DNA of 64,000 nt from a virus (IMGVR_UViG_3300047548_001036:1-64000), one strand, 5' to 3'; counted from the first letter of the stretch, positions 26,969-36,778 are shown. A program made the numbers and translations. The notes: a model not told the origin generated them from the sequence alone.

Positions 26969-27237
26969 AATTTCGAGGCGTTACTCTTATTGAACTAATG
27001 ATTGTCCTAGCCATACTAGGCATTCTTGCGGGTGTGGTAGTTCCCAGCGTTATCGGAGGAAACACGCATGTCAGCTCCGGTTACAGTATTGGCATCAACG
27101 GCACTGTGGAGGAGCGTTGTATTGCTGGCTATAAGTTTGTAGTTGGTAACAAGGGTCAGCCTACACAGGTCTTGGACCAATTTGGAAAAGGGGTACCATG
27201 TGACAATCAAGTATCAACTCCGGGGCAGTTCAAATAA
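26965..27237 (+). CDS. type IV pilin / pseudopilin-like protein (class III signal peptide)
   Basis: MKFRG|VTLIELMIVLAILGILAG: G at -1, E at +5, hydrophobic helix. Confidence 0.55.
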   Translation: MKFRGVTLIELMIVLAILGILAGVVVPSVIGGNTHVSSGYSIGINGTVEERCIAGYKFVVGNKGQPTQVLDQFGKGVPCDNQVSTPGQFK

Positions 27238-27336
27238 TGTGGGAACAAATTTTTAACTGGCTGAATCCATTCTTCTGGGGATTCATTATCGGTATTGCCT
27301 GTATGCCTATGCTAACGTTTATTCGTGTAGTTCGAC

Positions 27337-27672
27337 ATGAACTCAGGCTGGCAATCCAGGAATGGAAGAAACCCAATGGTTAGTTACAAAGACTACTTTG
27401 AAAAGAACAGATACAAACCCAAATACTTCCTTGGAGATCGGGTTATCGGCAAATGGAATAAAATTCCCTTTGTGGGCACCGTGGGAAACGATAGTCTGGT
27501 TTCCGAAGAAGAAGGTCCAAAGATTTCTGTTATGCTGGACTTGCCTATCAAGTATAAAGGTGAAATCAAGACAATTATATTTTGCAAGCACAGAGAAGTG
27601 AGGAAATTTCCAGAATGGACAGAGAAATCATTGGATACCAAGAAACCCAAGAGGGTTACAAGGAAATCCTAA
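27337..27672 (+). CDS. hypothetical Lys-rich protein (alternatives: 27362-27601 or a 48-aa membrane ORF 27236-27382)
   Basis: competing overlapping ORFs, none with strong RBS. Confidence 0.25.
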   Translation: MNSGWQSRNGRNPMVSYKDYFEKNRYKPKYFLGDRVIGKWNKIPFVGTVGNDSLVSEEEGPKISVMLDLPIKYKGEIKTIIFCKHREVRKFPEWTEKSLDTKKPKRVTRKS

Positions 27673-27830
27673 AACGCCGCAGCGGAGGAATTTATACACA
27701 GGCGCTTATTACCTGCACCGACTGCAAAACTATGATCAGTAGTTCAGGAGGTCCCAGATACAATAGCGTCTGCGTTAACTGCTATGGCATACGCAAGCTC
27801 GCAGGATTTGTTGATGGTAAAAAGGTCTAG
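27615..27830 (+). CDS. small CxxC-n27-CxxC zinc-ribbon protein
   Basis: GAGGAAA RBS before ATG 27615; ORF opens at 27582. Confidence 0.4.
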   Translation: MDREIIGYQETQEGYKEILKRRSGGIYTQALITCTDCKTMISSSGGPRYNSVCVNCYGIRKLAGFVDGKKV

Positions 27831-27858
27831 AAAAAATTTCGTTTCATTTCTTCTAGAC
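27825..27858. terminator. palindrome GTCTAGAA-n18-TTCTAGAC spanning the stops of two convergent genes
   Basis: seen directly; no clear U-tract. Confidence 0.35.
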
Positions 27859-28351
27859 GTTGCAGTATCTTAGGCAGTACTTTGCTTTCTGTTTCTCCAG
27901 CCGTGGTAACTGTTTCGGGAGGGTTATCTAGCATAACCAATGCGTTTTTAACAGGCTTTGGTGCAATGTCTACTACAGGGTCCACTACAGGGTCAACTAC
28001 TGGAACAGGATCTGGAACCATACTAGGAACCCACTCTGGCACCATTTCAGCTGGAGTCGAAACTTCCTCAATTATATCTAGATCTTCCTTAACAGGAACC
28101 TCGGGTTCTGCCTCCTTGGGAGGGTTGCGTACAACAAATGACATTAAGACGTTGGCGACTTCAACGATTTCCCTTTCAGTAGGATGTGGTGGTATTGTAG
28201 GATAAGCTACACGAAGACGCTGAGTTTTCCACAAATGTTCACTCTCAATTAACCATTTGTTGTGTAACTCAGCTCTTCTGTCAGTATACTCGCTAGTAAC
28301 CAACTCTTTGGCCATTCTAAGGATTTCTAAGTTGACCGGATCGTATTCCAT
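27827..28351 (-). CDS. Pro-rich hypothetical protein (174 aa)
   Basis: ORF, first gene of minus-strand cassette (last transcribed). Confidence 0.5.
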   Translation of the reverse strand: MEYDPVNLEILRMAKELVTSEYTDRRAELHNKWLIESEHLWKTQRLRVAYPTIPPHPTEREIVEVANVLMSFVVRNPPKEAEPEVPVKEDLDIIEEVSTPAEMVPEWVPSMVPDPVPVVDPVVDPVVDIAPKPVKNALVMLDNPPETVTTAGETESKVLPKILQRLEEMKRNFF

Positions 28352-28353
28352 GG

Positions 28354-28764
28354 TTATTTGCTAGTAGTTGGGGCAGGTGGTGTTGGTTCCGGCGGAGCTG
28401 GTTCGGTGGGTACTGGCTCGCAACTAGCACCGTATGGCATCGCATCGTATGCGCCAACAATATCCTCAAAATCAGTAAGATCTAGTATAACGCTAGGGTT
28501 ACTTAGGTCCAGCATATTTTCCACCATTTCATGTAGTTCCATGTCAGAGTTGACATCTTCTTTGGCATACTCAAGCAGTTTAAGCATTAGAGGAACGTTT
28601 ACCTTTAAGATGGGTTGTATTAGCTTGGGCCTTCTTGTTGGATCAACAGGCTGCATCTGAGGAGCCATTTGCGGCATTTGAGGCGGCATTGTATCAAAGT
28701 ATTCTTCGACGGTAGTTGTTTTCTTATACATATTACTTCCTTTTATTAGATCTTTTGCTAGCAC
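28354..28764 (-). CDS. Pro-rich hypothetical protein (136 aa)
   Basis: ORF. Confidence 0.5.
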   Translation of the reverse strand: MLAKDLIKGSNMYKKTTTVEEYFDTMPPQMPQMAPQMQPVDPTRRPKLIQPILKVNVPLMLKLLEYAKEDVNSDMELHEMVENMLDLSNPSVILDLTDFEDIVGAYDAMPYGASCEPVPTEPAPPEPTPPAPTTSK

Positions 28765-28984
28765 GGATTTTAGTACCAGGCGCCCTCATTTGATTAATGT
28801 TTGCATACTGATAAACGTCCTCCATGTACCCGCTGTTGTAGATATCTTGGTATATACCTGCGTAATAGTCAGGATAGTAGTATGGGTGATAGACATAATG
28901 TGGATAATACCGAGGATAATAACGGGGATAATAATGATAGTAATGATCGTAATACATAATATCTTCCTTTAAATAATCCACCAA
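28733..28984 (-). CDS. tyrosine-rich small protein (YYPRYYPRYYPHYVYHPYYYPDYY)
   Basis: ORF; extreme Tyr content. Confidence 0.4.
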   Translation of the reverse strand: MVDYLKEDIMYYDHYYHYYPRYYPRYYPHYVYHPYYYPDYYAGIYQDIYNSGYMEDVYQYANINQMRAPGTKIRASKRSNKRK

Positions 28985-29421
28985 CCTGCTGCTCGATAAA
29001 CAATTTGCACACTTTGGTTAGGCACGCTGATCGTATAATTTGTTTTTTTATCAATTAGTGTCCCGGTTGGCGGTTGTATTGTTATCTTTCCAGATCCTTG
29101 TCCGTATTCATCTTTTATAATATAAACGCGACCTTCTGGAGGAGTGTTGGGCAAAGTAATTGTTACTGCTGATGAGGAACTAACTCCAATGTATTCGTCA
29201 TCAATGGTTGCAGTATAACTTGTGGTTGTTCCGTAGACATGAATCAGATCGGCTCCAGTTGAGCTGATCATAATGAAATCAGTGTCGTACTCTACGGTAA
29301 TACCTGCTCCGGAGATTATTTCTGGGCTGCTGATAATTCCAGTGTCGTCGACGTTGATATAATTACCAACTTTGACTACACCGTATTCGGTTTTGCTAGT
29401 TGGTTGTGCTAGATAAGACAT
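28969..29421 (-). CDS. structural-like protein sharing C-terminal domain (..AAGWWII) with next gene
   Basis: AAGGAG RBS before MSYLAQPT; paralogous C-terminus. Confidence 0.5.
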   Translation of the reverse strand: MSYLAQPTSKTEYGVVKVGNYINVDDTGIISSPEIISGAGITVEYDTDFIMISSTGADLIHVYGTTTSYTATIDDEYIGVSSSSAVTITLPNTPPEGRVYIIKDEYGQGSGKITIQPPTGTLIDKKTNYTISVPNQSVQIVYRAAGWWII

Positions 29422-29432
29422 TCTTATTCTCC

Positions 29433-30130
<698 letters not shown>

Positions 30131-30144
30131 ACAAAACGAACGGA

Positions 30145-31044
30145 TTAACGAACGTTATTGCTTGTGCTAGACTGACCAACACCGGCCATTGTACCGAAGT
30201 TAACCATGCCTTGACGAGTGTCAGCTAGTTGGCTGTTGAAGTTCTGCATCATGGACTGTAGTTGAGCAAACTGAGCACCAAATTGGTTTTGCTCAGCAGC
30301 GTGTCTCCAGTGGCGATGTGCGTGACGCTCTTCAACTAATTCAGCATTGCGCTCAACTAGACCACGGTTTAGGTCGTGATACTTAAGGTCATTGATAAGC
30401 CCACGGGTACGATCACCTTCAGCTCCGATCTTGTCAGCAAGATACTGAGTATTCTTCTGAGCTTCGATAATGCCCTTGAGTGCAGCTAGTTCAGTATCCT
30501 TAGCAACACCTGCAAATCCTGCAACAACTTGCTGTTGTTGAGCAACGATTTGAGCGCGGATGTCTTGGGTGTCACGAGCAACTGTGAAGAAACGATCTCC
30601 CATTTGTGTTCGTAAATCTGCAACATCCTTAGCATTACGATCTTGAGCGTTTTCAACGCGGCTGCTTAGGTTGAAGTTAGAGTTATTGATAGCTGCATCT
30701 AAGCGATCAGTCGATGCCTCAACGCGACTTACAGTTTCATAACGTCCATCTTTAACGGCGTTAACGGTGTTGAAGTCGCCCTTTAGACCTTCTTTAACGA
30801 TTTCGTTAACATTGTCACCTATTTGACGGCTTAGTTCAAAAGCTTGACGCTGTTGTTCTAAACGAATGTCACTAGCTGTTGACGCAACTAGATCGCCAGT
30901 CTTGTCAATTCCAGCTGCAACTTCACGGCGAATATCGCCGCTACGTTCTGCCATGTTGTAACGAAGCTCTGCGGTGTGCTCAGCAGCTTCACGACGAATG
31001 TCAGCGTGCTGGTTTGTTAGCAATTGTGTATCTACTTCTGCCAT
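30145..31044 (-). CDS. coiled-coil, Ala/Gln/Asp-rich hypothetical (structural?) protein (299 aa)
   Basis: AGGAGAAAATT RBS; low-complexity helical repeats. Confidence 0.55.
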   Translation of the reverse strand: MAEVDTQLLTNQHADIRREAAEHTAELRYNMAERSGDIRREVAAGIDKTGDLVASTASDIRLEQQRQAFELSRQIGDNVNEIVKEGLKGDFNTVNAVKDGRYETVSRVEASTDRLDAAINNSNFNLSSRVENAQDRNAKDVADLRTQMGDRFFTVARDTQDIRAQIVAQQQQVVAGFAGVAKDTELAALKGIIEAQKNTQYLADKIGAEGDRTRGLINDLKYHDLNRGLVERNAELVEERHAHRHWRHAAEQNQFGAQFAQLQSMMQNFNSQLADTRQGMVNFGTMAGVGQSSTSNNVR

Positions 31045-31114
31045 AATTTTCTCCTAATTAGATTATGTCTTGAGCAGATAAAATATCATCTGCTCATAAT
31101 TACTTAAAAAGGTT

Positions 31115-31150
31115 TAGGTCCTAAAAACCTAAACCTTTGTTGATGGTTAT
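31115..31150 (-). terminator. rho-independent terminator (minus strand)
   Basis: AGGTTTAGG-loop-CCTAAACCT followed by TTTTT on minus strand. Confidence 0.55.
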
Positions 31151-31159
31151 ACTTCGGTA

Positions 31160-31741
31160 TTAAATGGCAGCGATAGAGAATTGCTGTATGTTGTTATAAA
31201 CGATACCCCATCCAAACTCTTGAGCTAGCTGGTTAATACATTGGTGTCCAGCATCTAATGAGGCGATATCTGCAGCCCAATCGCCTTGATCTCTGGATTC
31301 AACTTGGTTAACTGTTTGAGTTAAATGTTCTGTCCACACCGGGCCCATTTTGGTCACAGGCCAGTCTGTAGGATCAACCATGGCCATCCAATTAACGATA
31401 TCGTTTCCGTTGTCTGTTAACTTGGTTTTGACATCGACTAAGTCTGCTTTATTCTTAACCGCAGTGATATATTCTGCAGCAAAAGCAACATGTTTTTTTA
31501 GTAATGCTACAAATGCATCAACTTGTTCAAGACTATAATAAGGAGCAAGCAAAGCACCTATGTCTTCTTGATTTTTTAACAATCTAGCAGATATCGCTTC
31601 AACGTCAGGCAATCCCGCTAGAATGCTAACAATAGCCTGTCTTGTATAGTACAAGTGCTCGGTCCAATAGTAAGTGGATTTTTTGCAAATGCTATTAATT
31701 GCTTCTGGATTTTCTTTATAATAGGTTGTAACTTTGTACAT
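31160..31741 (-). CDS. hypothetical protein (193 aa)
   Basis: GGAGGAGAG RBS before MYKVTTYY; ORF opens at 31810. Confidence 0.5.
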   Translation of the reverse strand: MYKVTTYYKENPEAINSICKKSTYYWTEHLYYTRQAIVSILAGLPDVEAISARLLKNQEDIGALLAPYYSLEQVDAFVALLKKHVAFAAEYITAVKNKADLVDVKTKLTDNGNDIVNWMAMVDPTDWPVTKMGPVWTEHLTQTVNQVESRDQGDWAADIASLDAGHQCINQLAQEFGWGIVYNNIQQFSIAAI

Positions 31742-31760
31742 GGTGCTCTCCTCCATGTAC

Positions 31761-32534
31761 TTAAACGGGTAGTGCGTCAGAATCGGTAGACGGTAGTCTA
31801 CCCTGTACATTATTGGTTAACGGAAATCGTTTGGAAAACAATGCAAGCTGTGTTCTGTTTTTGCAACCATATTTTTTAAGAACTTTACCAACATGTAACT
31901 TAACTGTACTTTCACTGATATCCAACATCTTTGCAATGACTTTATTAGTTGCTCCTCGGTCACATATTAGTTTTAAAATTTGTTCTTCGCGAGGAGTTAG
32001 ATCAATGGTGTTTTTCTTACATACTATGGATTTTTTAGGCTTGAGCAAATCCAATACATGTTTAGGTATACTGTAATCTCCTGAAATGGTGCGCTTTAGG
32101 TTTTCTTTAACTAACTCATATCCCCATTTTTCGGTTAACAGCGTACCTAAAAAGATATCAGGCATTAGGATTGCTTGTCGAATTAACTTAGGATCGGTAA
32201 TATCTCCGACTAACAAGCAAATTTTAGTTTCTCGTCTAACAGGTTTTCCGATACCGTTCCTGTAAACCGTGCATTTTATTAGCGTAGATAAAGTATTGAT
32301 CATGTCAAATGCGTCCGCTTCGGCATGCGCATCAACTAATCGAGAAAGTGGCAGTGTTATAACGTCTATCCTAAGGGTCGGATCGCTTAACATTGGGAAT
32401 AGTTCAGAAATTGCATCAACTTCAATGAAGTCTATCCCTAACTCTCGTTCAATGGTTGCTAGCGCCCTCTGCTGAATAGTGTTAGAAACAGGCGGCTGCA
32501 TATATGTAAATACTAACCGTTTTTCGTTGCTCAT
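31761..32534 (-). CDS. LuxR/GerE-family HTH transcriptional regulator with atypical receiver-like N-terminal domain
   Basis: C-terminal LTPREEQILKLICDRGATNKVIAKMLDISESTVKLHVGKVLKKYGCKNRTQLA; GGGAGA RBS. Confidence 0.6.
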   Translation of the reverse strand: MSNEKRLVFTYMQPPVSNTIQQRALATIERELGIDFIEVDAISELFPMLSDPTLRIDVITLPLSRLVDAHAEADAFDMINTLSTLIKCTVYRNGIGKPVRRETKICLLVGDITDPKLIRQAILMPDIFLGTLLTEKWGYELVKENLKRTISGDYSIPKHVLDLLKPKKSIVCKKNTIDLTPREEQILKLICDRGATNKVIAKMLDISESTVKLHVGKVLKKYGCKNRTQLALFSKRFPLTNNVQGRLPSTDSDALPV

Positions 32535-32703
32535 TTTTAATCTCCCTATAATAATACTTACGCACTAGTAGTACAAGGCATGATGTGCACGAGTACTACC
32601 TGTACTTCAGCATATGTAATTGTGACAGCCAATTTCAATAATTTTACGCTACTATTTGATAGATGTCTATGCATCCGACTTTTATTTTTGCTAACTAATC
32701 CAG

Positions 32704-32737
32704 TTGACTTTACAGCTAAAGTGCGCTATAATACAGC
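32704..32737 (+). promoter_or_regulatory. sigma70 consensus promoter TTGACT-17-TATAAT + conserved cassette
   Basis: TTGACT 32704-09, TATAAT 32727-32. Confidence 0.65.
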
Positions 32738-32739
32738 TA

Positions 32740-33056
32740 TGACAGAACACTGCTATGTTGCATATTTTGACTGCTTGGGTTTCGAGTGCATTTTGGATGC
32801 AACCGCACATGACCGAAAACGGACTTGGAATGCCTTACAGGACAAATCTAGTGAACGGTTTCCTTTAACTGAGTTACTCTTGCGAGCTAGGCTTAATACA
32901 CAACGAAACCCCGAAGTCTGGAGCTTTTGGAGTGAGATTGACCTAGAAACACTTAACCGTTATTCGATCGAAATGCCGCAGCAATTTGCAGATCTCATTC
33001 GTGAAAAAGGTACTCCTCTTTACCAATCAGGTAAACAATCGCAAGTTATCAAATAA
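32740..33056 (+). CDS. hypothetical protein (105 aa)
   Basis: ATG 8 nt after -10 box (near-leaderless). The ORF-list start 32580 spans the promoter. Confidence 0.45.
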
Positions 33057-33132
33057 GCATGATATGGTATAGAGATGTTACCGTTCGAAAGCATTTGAAT
33101 ATCGATTTGTGTCAAAGTATTATGGTGATCAT

Positions 33133-33528
33133 ATGAATATTGGTGTTTACAGCAGAATTAAAATTCTGAAAGATTTTGAATACTGGGGCGTACCCCAGTA
33201 TTATGCAGATCCGATCTATAACTATCTAATACACGGATTTGATCCAGGCAGCTTCTTTACCAGCGTGTTAGCTAATGACTTTGTGGGCGCAGTTAGGCAT
33301 AGCCACGTCAGCAACAACATGGAGTCTCTGAAACACCTTTGCGGCTGGATGAATGAATTCTTACCCAAACAACTTTGGGGCAACTACAATAAAGTAAACA
33401 ACTGGGTGTTAAAATCAGATCAGGAACGCCGTGAATTTCTTGAAAAAGAGCGTATAATCTTTACTGAAAAAGAAGAAACTTGGAAAACTCTGCAGGGAGA
33501 AGATACCTGGGAACCCATGTTATTTTAA
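33133..33528 (+). CDS. hypothetical protein (131 aa)
   Basis: ORF; ORF opens at 33109. Confidence 0.45.
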   Translation: MNIGVYSRIKILKDFEYWGVPQYYADPIYNYLIHGFDPGSFFTSVLANDFVGAVRHSHVSNNMESLKHLCGWMNEFLPKQLWGNYNKVNNWVLKSDQERREFLEKERIIFTEKEETWKTLQGEDTWEPMLF

Positions 33529-33532
33529 TACC

Positions 33533-33781
33533 ATGAACATGAACGAAAATATTCAAGAGCTAGCCGAGCAAGCAGGGTTTTATGTTGCGATGTTCGATCC
33601 AGGTAACCAAGAAAACGCAAAGCTAGAACGCTTTGCTGAATTGATAATTAAACGATCCGCTGATCTGATCGCCATGCATGCAGGTCAACTGAGACAGTTT
33701 AACTTTGAACTAAACGCCAAGACTGCAGATACCGCAGCGGGGTTATTGCTAGAGCACTTTGGATTTAAGGAAACACAATGA
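33533..33781 (+). CDS. FAELIV..HFG family small protein (outlying member)
   Basis: MNENIQELAEQAGFY...RFAELIIKR...HFGFKE. Confidence 0.55.
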   Translation: MNMNENIQELAEQAGFYVAMFDPGNQENAKLERFAELIIKRSADLIAMHAGQLRQFNFELNAKTADTAAGLLLEHFGFKETQ

Positions 33782-34173
33782 GCGATACACTTGAACATGT
33801 TGTAGCAGACGGCGTGCAGTTTCTGCAGAGCCTTACTGCACATTATGGTGCAGAAAAAGGCATGGAAGTGTGGGAAGCAATGAGCGCGGCTGTAGGCAAC
33901 GAAGTTAAAGGCAAAGTATTCTTTGCCATGCTCACTGGTGCCGGCGGAGGCAAGCGAGTTAAGTTCACAACTGGAAATCCTACGTTTGCCGTTAACGGAG
34001 CAGTTGCTTGCATTAAGGCAATGAGGTCAGCCACTCGTATGCTAGACTTGAAGGCAGCTAAGGACCTGTATGATCAAAGCAAGACAGGTTATGTGACTTG
34101 CACTGCGGACAGTCCGGAACAAGCTCGTATGCTTATACGAGATCTTCGCGACTTAGGATGTGTGATTTCCTAA
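33778..34173 (+). CDS. hypothetical protein (131 aa)
   Basis: ATGA-coupled ORF. Confidence 0.5.
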   Translation: MSDTLEHVVADGVQFLQSLTAHYGAEKGMEVWEAMSAAVGNEVKGKVFFAMLTGAGGGKRVKFTTGNPTFAVNGAVACIKAMRSATRMLDLKAAKDLYDQSKTGYVTCTADSPEQARMLIRDLRDLGCVIS

Positions 34174-34175
34174 TT

Positions 34176-34195
34176 CTGTGTTATAATAAACTAAC
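34176..34195 (+). promoter_or_regulatory. conserved phage promoter cassette
   Basis: CTGTGTTATAATAAACTAAC. Confidence 0.6.
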
Positions 34196-34210
34196 AAACA
34201 AGGAACTAAT

Positions 34211-34765
34211 ATGATTACTCTCAAAGATTGGCTGGAAGCAATTAATTATCGTATCACTGGCGGCGATGAATATGGCTGGAACTGCTTTGGTAACAATGCC
34301 AGGATGCTAGATAGCTGGGACAACGACCAAGACGGTGTTCATTCCAGTATTGTTTTTGATACAGTTACACAAGAAGTTTACCTAGCTGAAGTAAATGATT
34401 ATGCACGCAATCGTGCATATCGGTTGGTTAATCCTGTCTACAACGATGCACGTATTAGCGAAGCCGCAGCCCGCAATGTCGACGATGATGTTGCGTGGGA
34501 AGAAGTTAACTTTGTAGATCTCGAAACTGACGAAGACTTTCTAGAAAAATGTCAGGCTATCATGAACTACGAAGATTACGATGTGCGTGTGGCCGTTCCT
34601 TTGGAAATGGATCAAGAAAATCTGTTTCGTCTTATGAAACTGGCACACGAGCGAGACATTACACTTAATCAACTAGTTGAGCAGGCTATTCTCAACGCGC
34701 TTGATGAGTTTGAACAGAATCCTGTAGAATTTGCAGCTCGACTAAAGGAATATGCGCATGGCTAA
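34211..34765 (+). CDS. hypothetical acidic protein (184 aa)
   Basis: ORF after promoter. Confidence 0.55.
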   Translation: MITLKDWLEAINYRITGGDEYGWNCFGNNARMLDSWDNDQDGVHSSIVFDTVTQEVYLAEVNDYARNRAYRLVNPVYNDARISEAAARNVDDDVAWEEVNFVDLETDEDFLEKCQAIMNYEDYDVRVAVPLEMDQENLFRLMKLAHERDITLNQLVEQAILNALDEFEQNPVEFAARLKEYAHG

Positions 34766-34958
34766 AGTTTGGCTTAATAAAGAGGACATTGATGCAATTC
34801 AACGCATCTTGGGGCAATTTCCCGATGTCTATCGGTTCCGGCTACACGAGCACAGCCAAAGTGGAATTGGCAGTTGTATTGACATGGTTTTTGATGCCGA
34901 AGTCAACCAAACTAAGTGTAAGATAACCGTGCCTATCGCCGACGAAACAAAATGGTAA
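34752..34958 (+). CDS. hypothetical protein (68 aa)
   Basis: ORF. Confidence 0.45.
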   Translation: MRMAKVWLNKEDIDAIQRILGQFPDVYRFRLHEHSQSGIGSCIDMVFDAEVNQTKCKITVPIADETKW

Positions 34959-35191
34959 AACAAATACTGGCTTTTCTTAAGTGGAAAATTTCAAAGTATA
35001 CAGTGTCTGATTATCTTTGGATGACAGCTTGTATCATGGTTGCGGTTGGCTATTATTATGCCCATTGGGTATTTTGGATCGGGCTAACACTAGGTGCAGG
35101 AAGCATATTTAGTTTCCTAATTCGAATCCAATGGGAGCAATGGAAGCAAGAACGTAATAAATTGTTTGAAACAATCAAGGACGGAAAATGA
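34952..35191 (+). CDS. small membrane protein (79 aa)
   Basis: two hydrophobic helices. Confidence 0.45.
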   Translation: MVKQILAFLKWKISKYTVSDYLWMTACIMVAVGYYYAHWVFWIGLTLGAGSIFSFLIRIQWEQWKQERNKLFETIKDGK

Positions 35192-35667
35192 AGAAGATTT
35201 TTTATACCAAAGAAGTTTCTGCTGGAGGGAAAGTCAAGTATGTTCCCGTGGCCGAGTATGATAACGATTACCTTGATAGCTTTCCAAAAGGTAATCACTT
35301 GGTCATGTGTTATCCGGGCGGTAAATCTCGTAGATTCAATATAGATCCGGATTATGCCGCCATGATCGCAGCGGGAAGGGTTGCAGAGGATGCTATTTGT
35401 GATGCTATTCGCAAGGCGGCTGAACTACGTCCGGCTAAGACTCCCATCACCGACCAACAACTAGCTGCTTGGAAAGCCCTGGCCGAGGCTTTCGGTGACG
35501 AATTGTGTACGCTTAACGGGTTATGCATACATGGCGTTGCGGTTGCGGGTGTTAAGGCAATGCAAGCAGAGGCTGACAAGCTATTGGCTAATCCTGCAGT
35601 AAAGAAAGCGTATGAGCATTTTCAAATGATCTGTAGTCTTACACGAGAACAAGAATCGAAAGTATGA
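35188..35667 (+). CDS. hypothetical protein (159 aa)
   Basis: ATGA-coupled ORF. Confidence 0.5.
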   Translation: MKKIFYTKEVSAGGKVKYVPVAEYDNDYLDSFPKGNHLVMCYPGGKSRRFNIDPDYAAMIAAGRVAEDAICDAIRKAAELRPAKTPITDQQLAAWKALAEAFGDELCTLNGLCIHGVAVAGVKAMQAEADKLLANPAVKKAYEHFQMICSLTREQESKV

Positions 35668-35945
35668 TTACTACAATCTGGGCACTTGAGCAAGATAAGT
35701 TTGATGAGGCCGACATGTCATGGTGCACGGGGTTGGGAGTAACAGTTAAAGTAGAGCCACTTTATTCTATGACTTACTCCTATGGACAATACGTAGGACA
35801 AGTAGTTCACGGATTGCGTATTAGACTAGCTAGTCTAAATAAAAAACAAGAAAATATGCTAAAGTTAAAGTACGGCAATCGACTTATAGAAATTCAAAGA
35901 TATACGGAACTTGACGAACATGAGCTACGCAACCTCAACTTCTAA
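35664..35945 (+). CDS. hypothetical protein (93 aa)
   Basis: ORF. Confidence 0.45.
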   Translation: MITTIWALEQDKFDEADMSWCTGLGVTVKVEPLYSMTYSYGQYVGQVVHGLRIRLASLNKKQENMLKLKYGNRLIEIQRYTELDEHELRNLNF

Positions 35946-36246
35946 AGCTGGATCTATACTAGAGTTTGTGCAGAGAGAAAAAGAATTGCACAAACAAAAG
36001 TACTTGCAACAAACAGTTGGAGAGGTATTATCTAATCCTATGAGCACAGGTATTAAAGACTGGGACAAGCGTTTTGCAACCCAAGGCTACTACTATGTGC
36101 CAATACCAATACGCAAAGGGTCGATTATTCAGATAATCGAGTGGTGCAATACACAATTCGGTAAAGACCACTTCTCTTTTGCCGCTGGTAAAATTTGGTT
36201 TGAAACGGAAAAGGCTGCTAACTGGTTTGTATTAAGGTGGAGTTAA
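35920..36246 (+). CDS. WC..G / TLFxLRWS family small protein (array member 1)
   Basis: IIEWCNTQFGKDH ... ANWFVLRWS; ORF opens at 35911. Confidence 0.55.
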   Translation: MSYATSTSKAGSILEFVQREKELHKQKYLQQTVGEVLSNPMSTGIKDWDKRFATQGYYYVPIPIRKGSIIQIIEWCNTQFGKDHFSFAAGKIWFETEKAANWFVLRWS

Positions 36247-36554
36247 TGAAAAAAGTAATGATACCTATAATTAATAAAGTTATGCCATCCCTAATCGTAC
36301 AAGAGATCACAGGGGTTCAACCTATGGGAGATTTAAGGTCTTATTTTATTCAGTCAAACCATAAAGAAGAAGTTCCGGAAGGATTCGTTGTAGTTGACGT
36401 TAAGTGGTTCTGTTGGGAGATTAAAGAATGGATCGAAAAACAAAACCCAAGCAAATGGAAACCGTCTGAGGATGAACGAAGTTTAGTACTGCACGCACGA
36501 TATATCATTTCTGAAGATTTATATACCATACTCGCATTAAAGTTTTCAAAATGA
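36246..36554 (+). CDS. divergent member of RWS family (…LYTILALKFSK)
   Basis: TAATGA coupling; ORF opens at 36237. Confidence 0.45.
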   Translation: MKKVMIPIINKVMPSLIVQEITGVQPMGDLRSYFIQSNHKEEVPEGFVVVDVKWFCWEIKEWIEKQNPSKWKPSEDERSLVLHARYIISEDLYTILALKFSK

Positions 36555-36778
36555 CCTATCGAGTTAACGTATGCGAACATCCAACCTGGATCAAAGCTTT
36601 TGAAAAATTTGCAGACACTGTTTGGTTTTTTATGCCTGAAACCACGAATGAATTTCGAATACGTGGTGATATAAACGAAGCGCTAAGTGTTTGGCACTGT
36701 AAAAGTATCACAAACACCCCGTTTATCGAGTTTAGATCCGAAAAGGATGCTATAATATTTTTGTTGAGGTGGACATGA
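36551..36778 (+). CDS. RWS family small protein
   Basis: …EKDAIIFLLRWT. Confidence 0.55.
   Translation: MTYRVNVCEHPTWIKAFEKFADTVWFFMPETTNEFRIRGDINEALSVWHCKSITNTPFIEFRSEKDAIIFLLRWT

Noticed and set aside
32580-32740. N-terminal 53 codons of ORF 32580-33056
   Set aside because: This part spans the TTGACT-17-TATAAT promoter. The real start is likely ATG 32740 just downstream of the -10.
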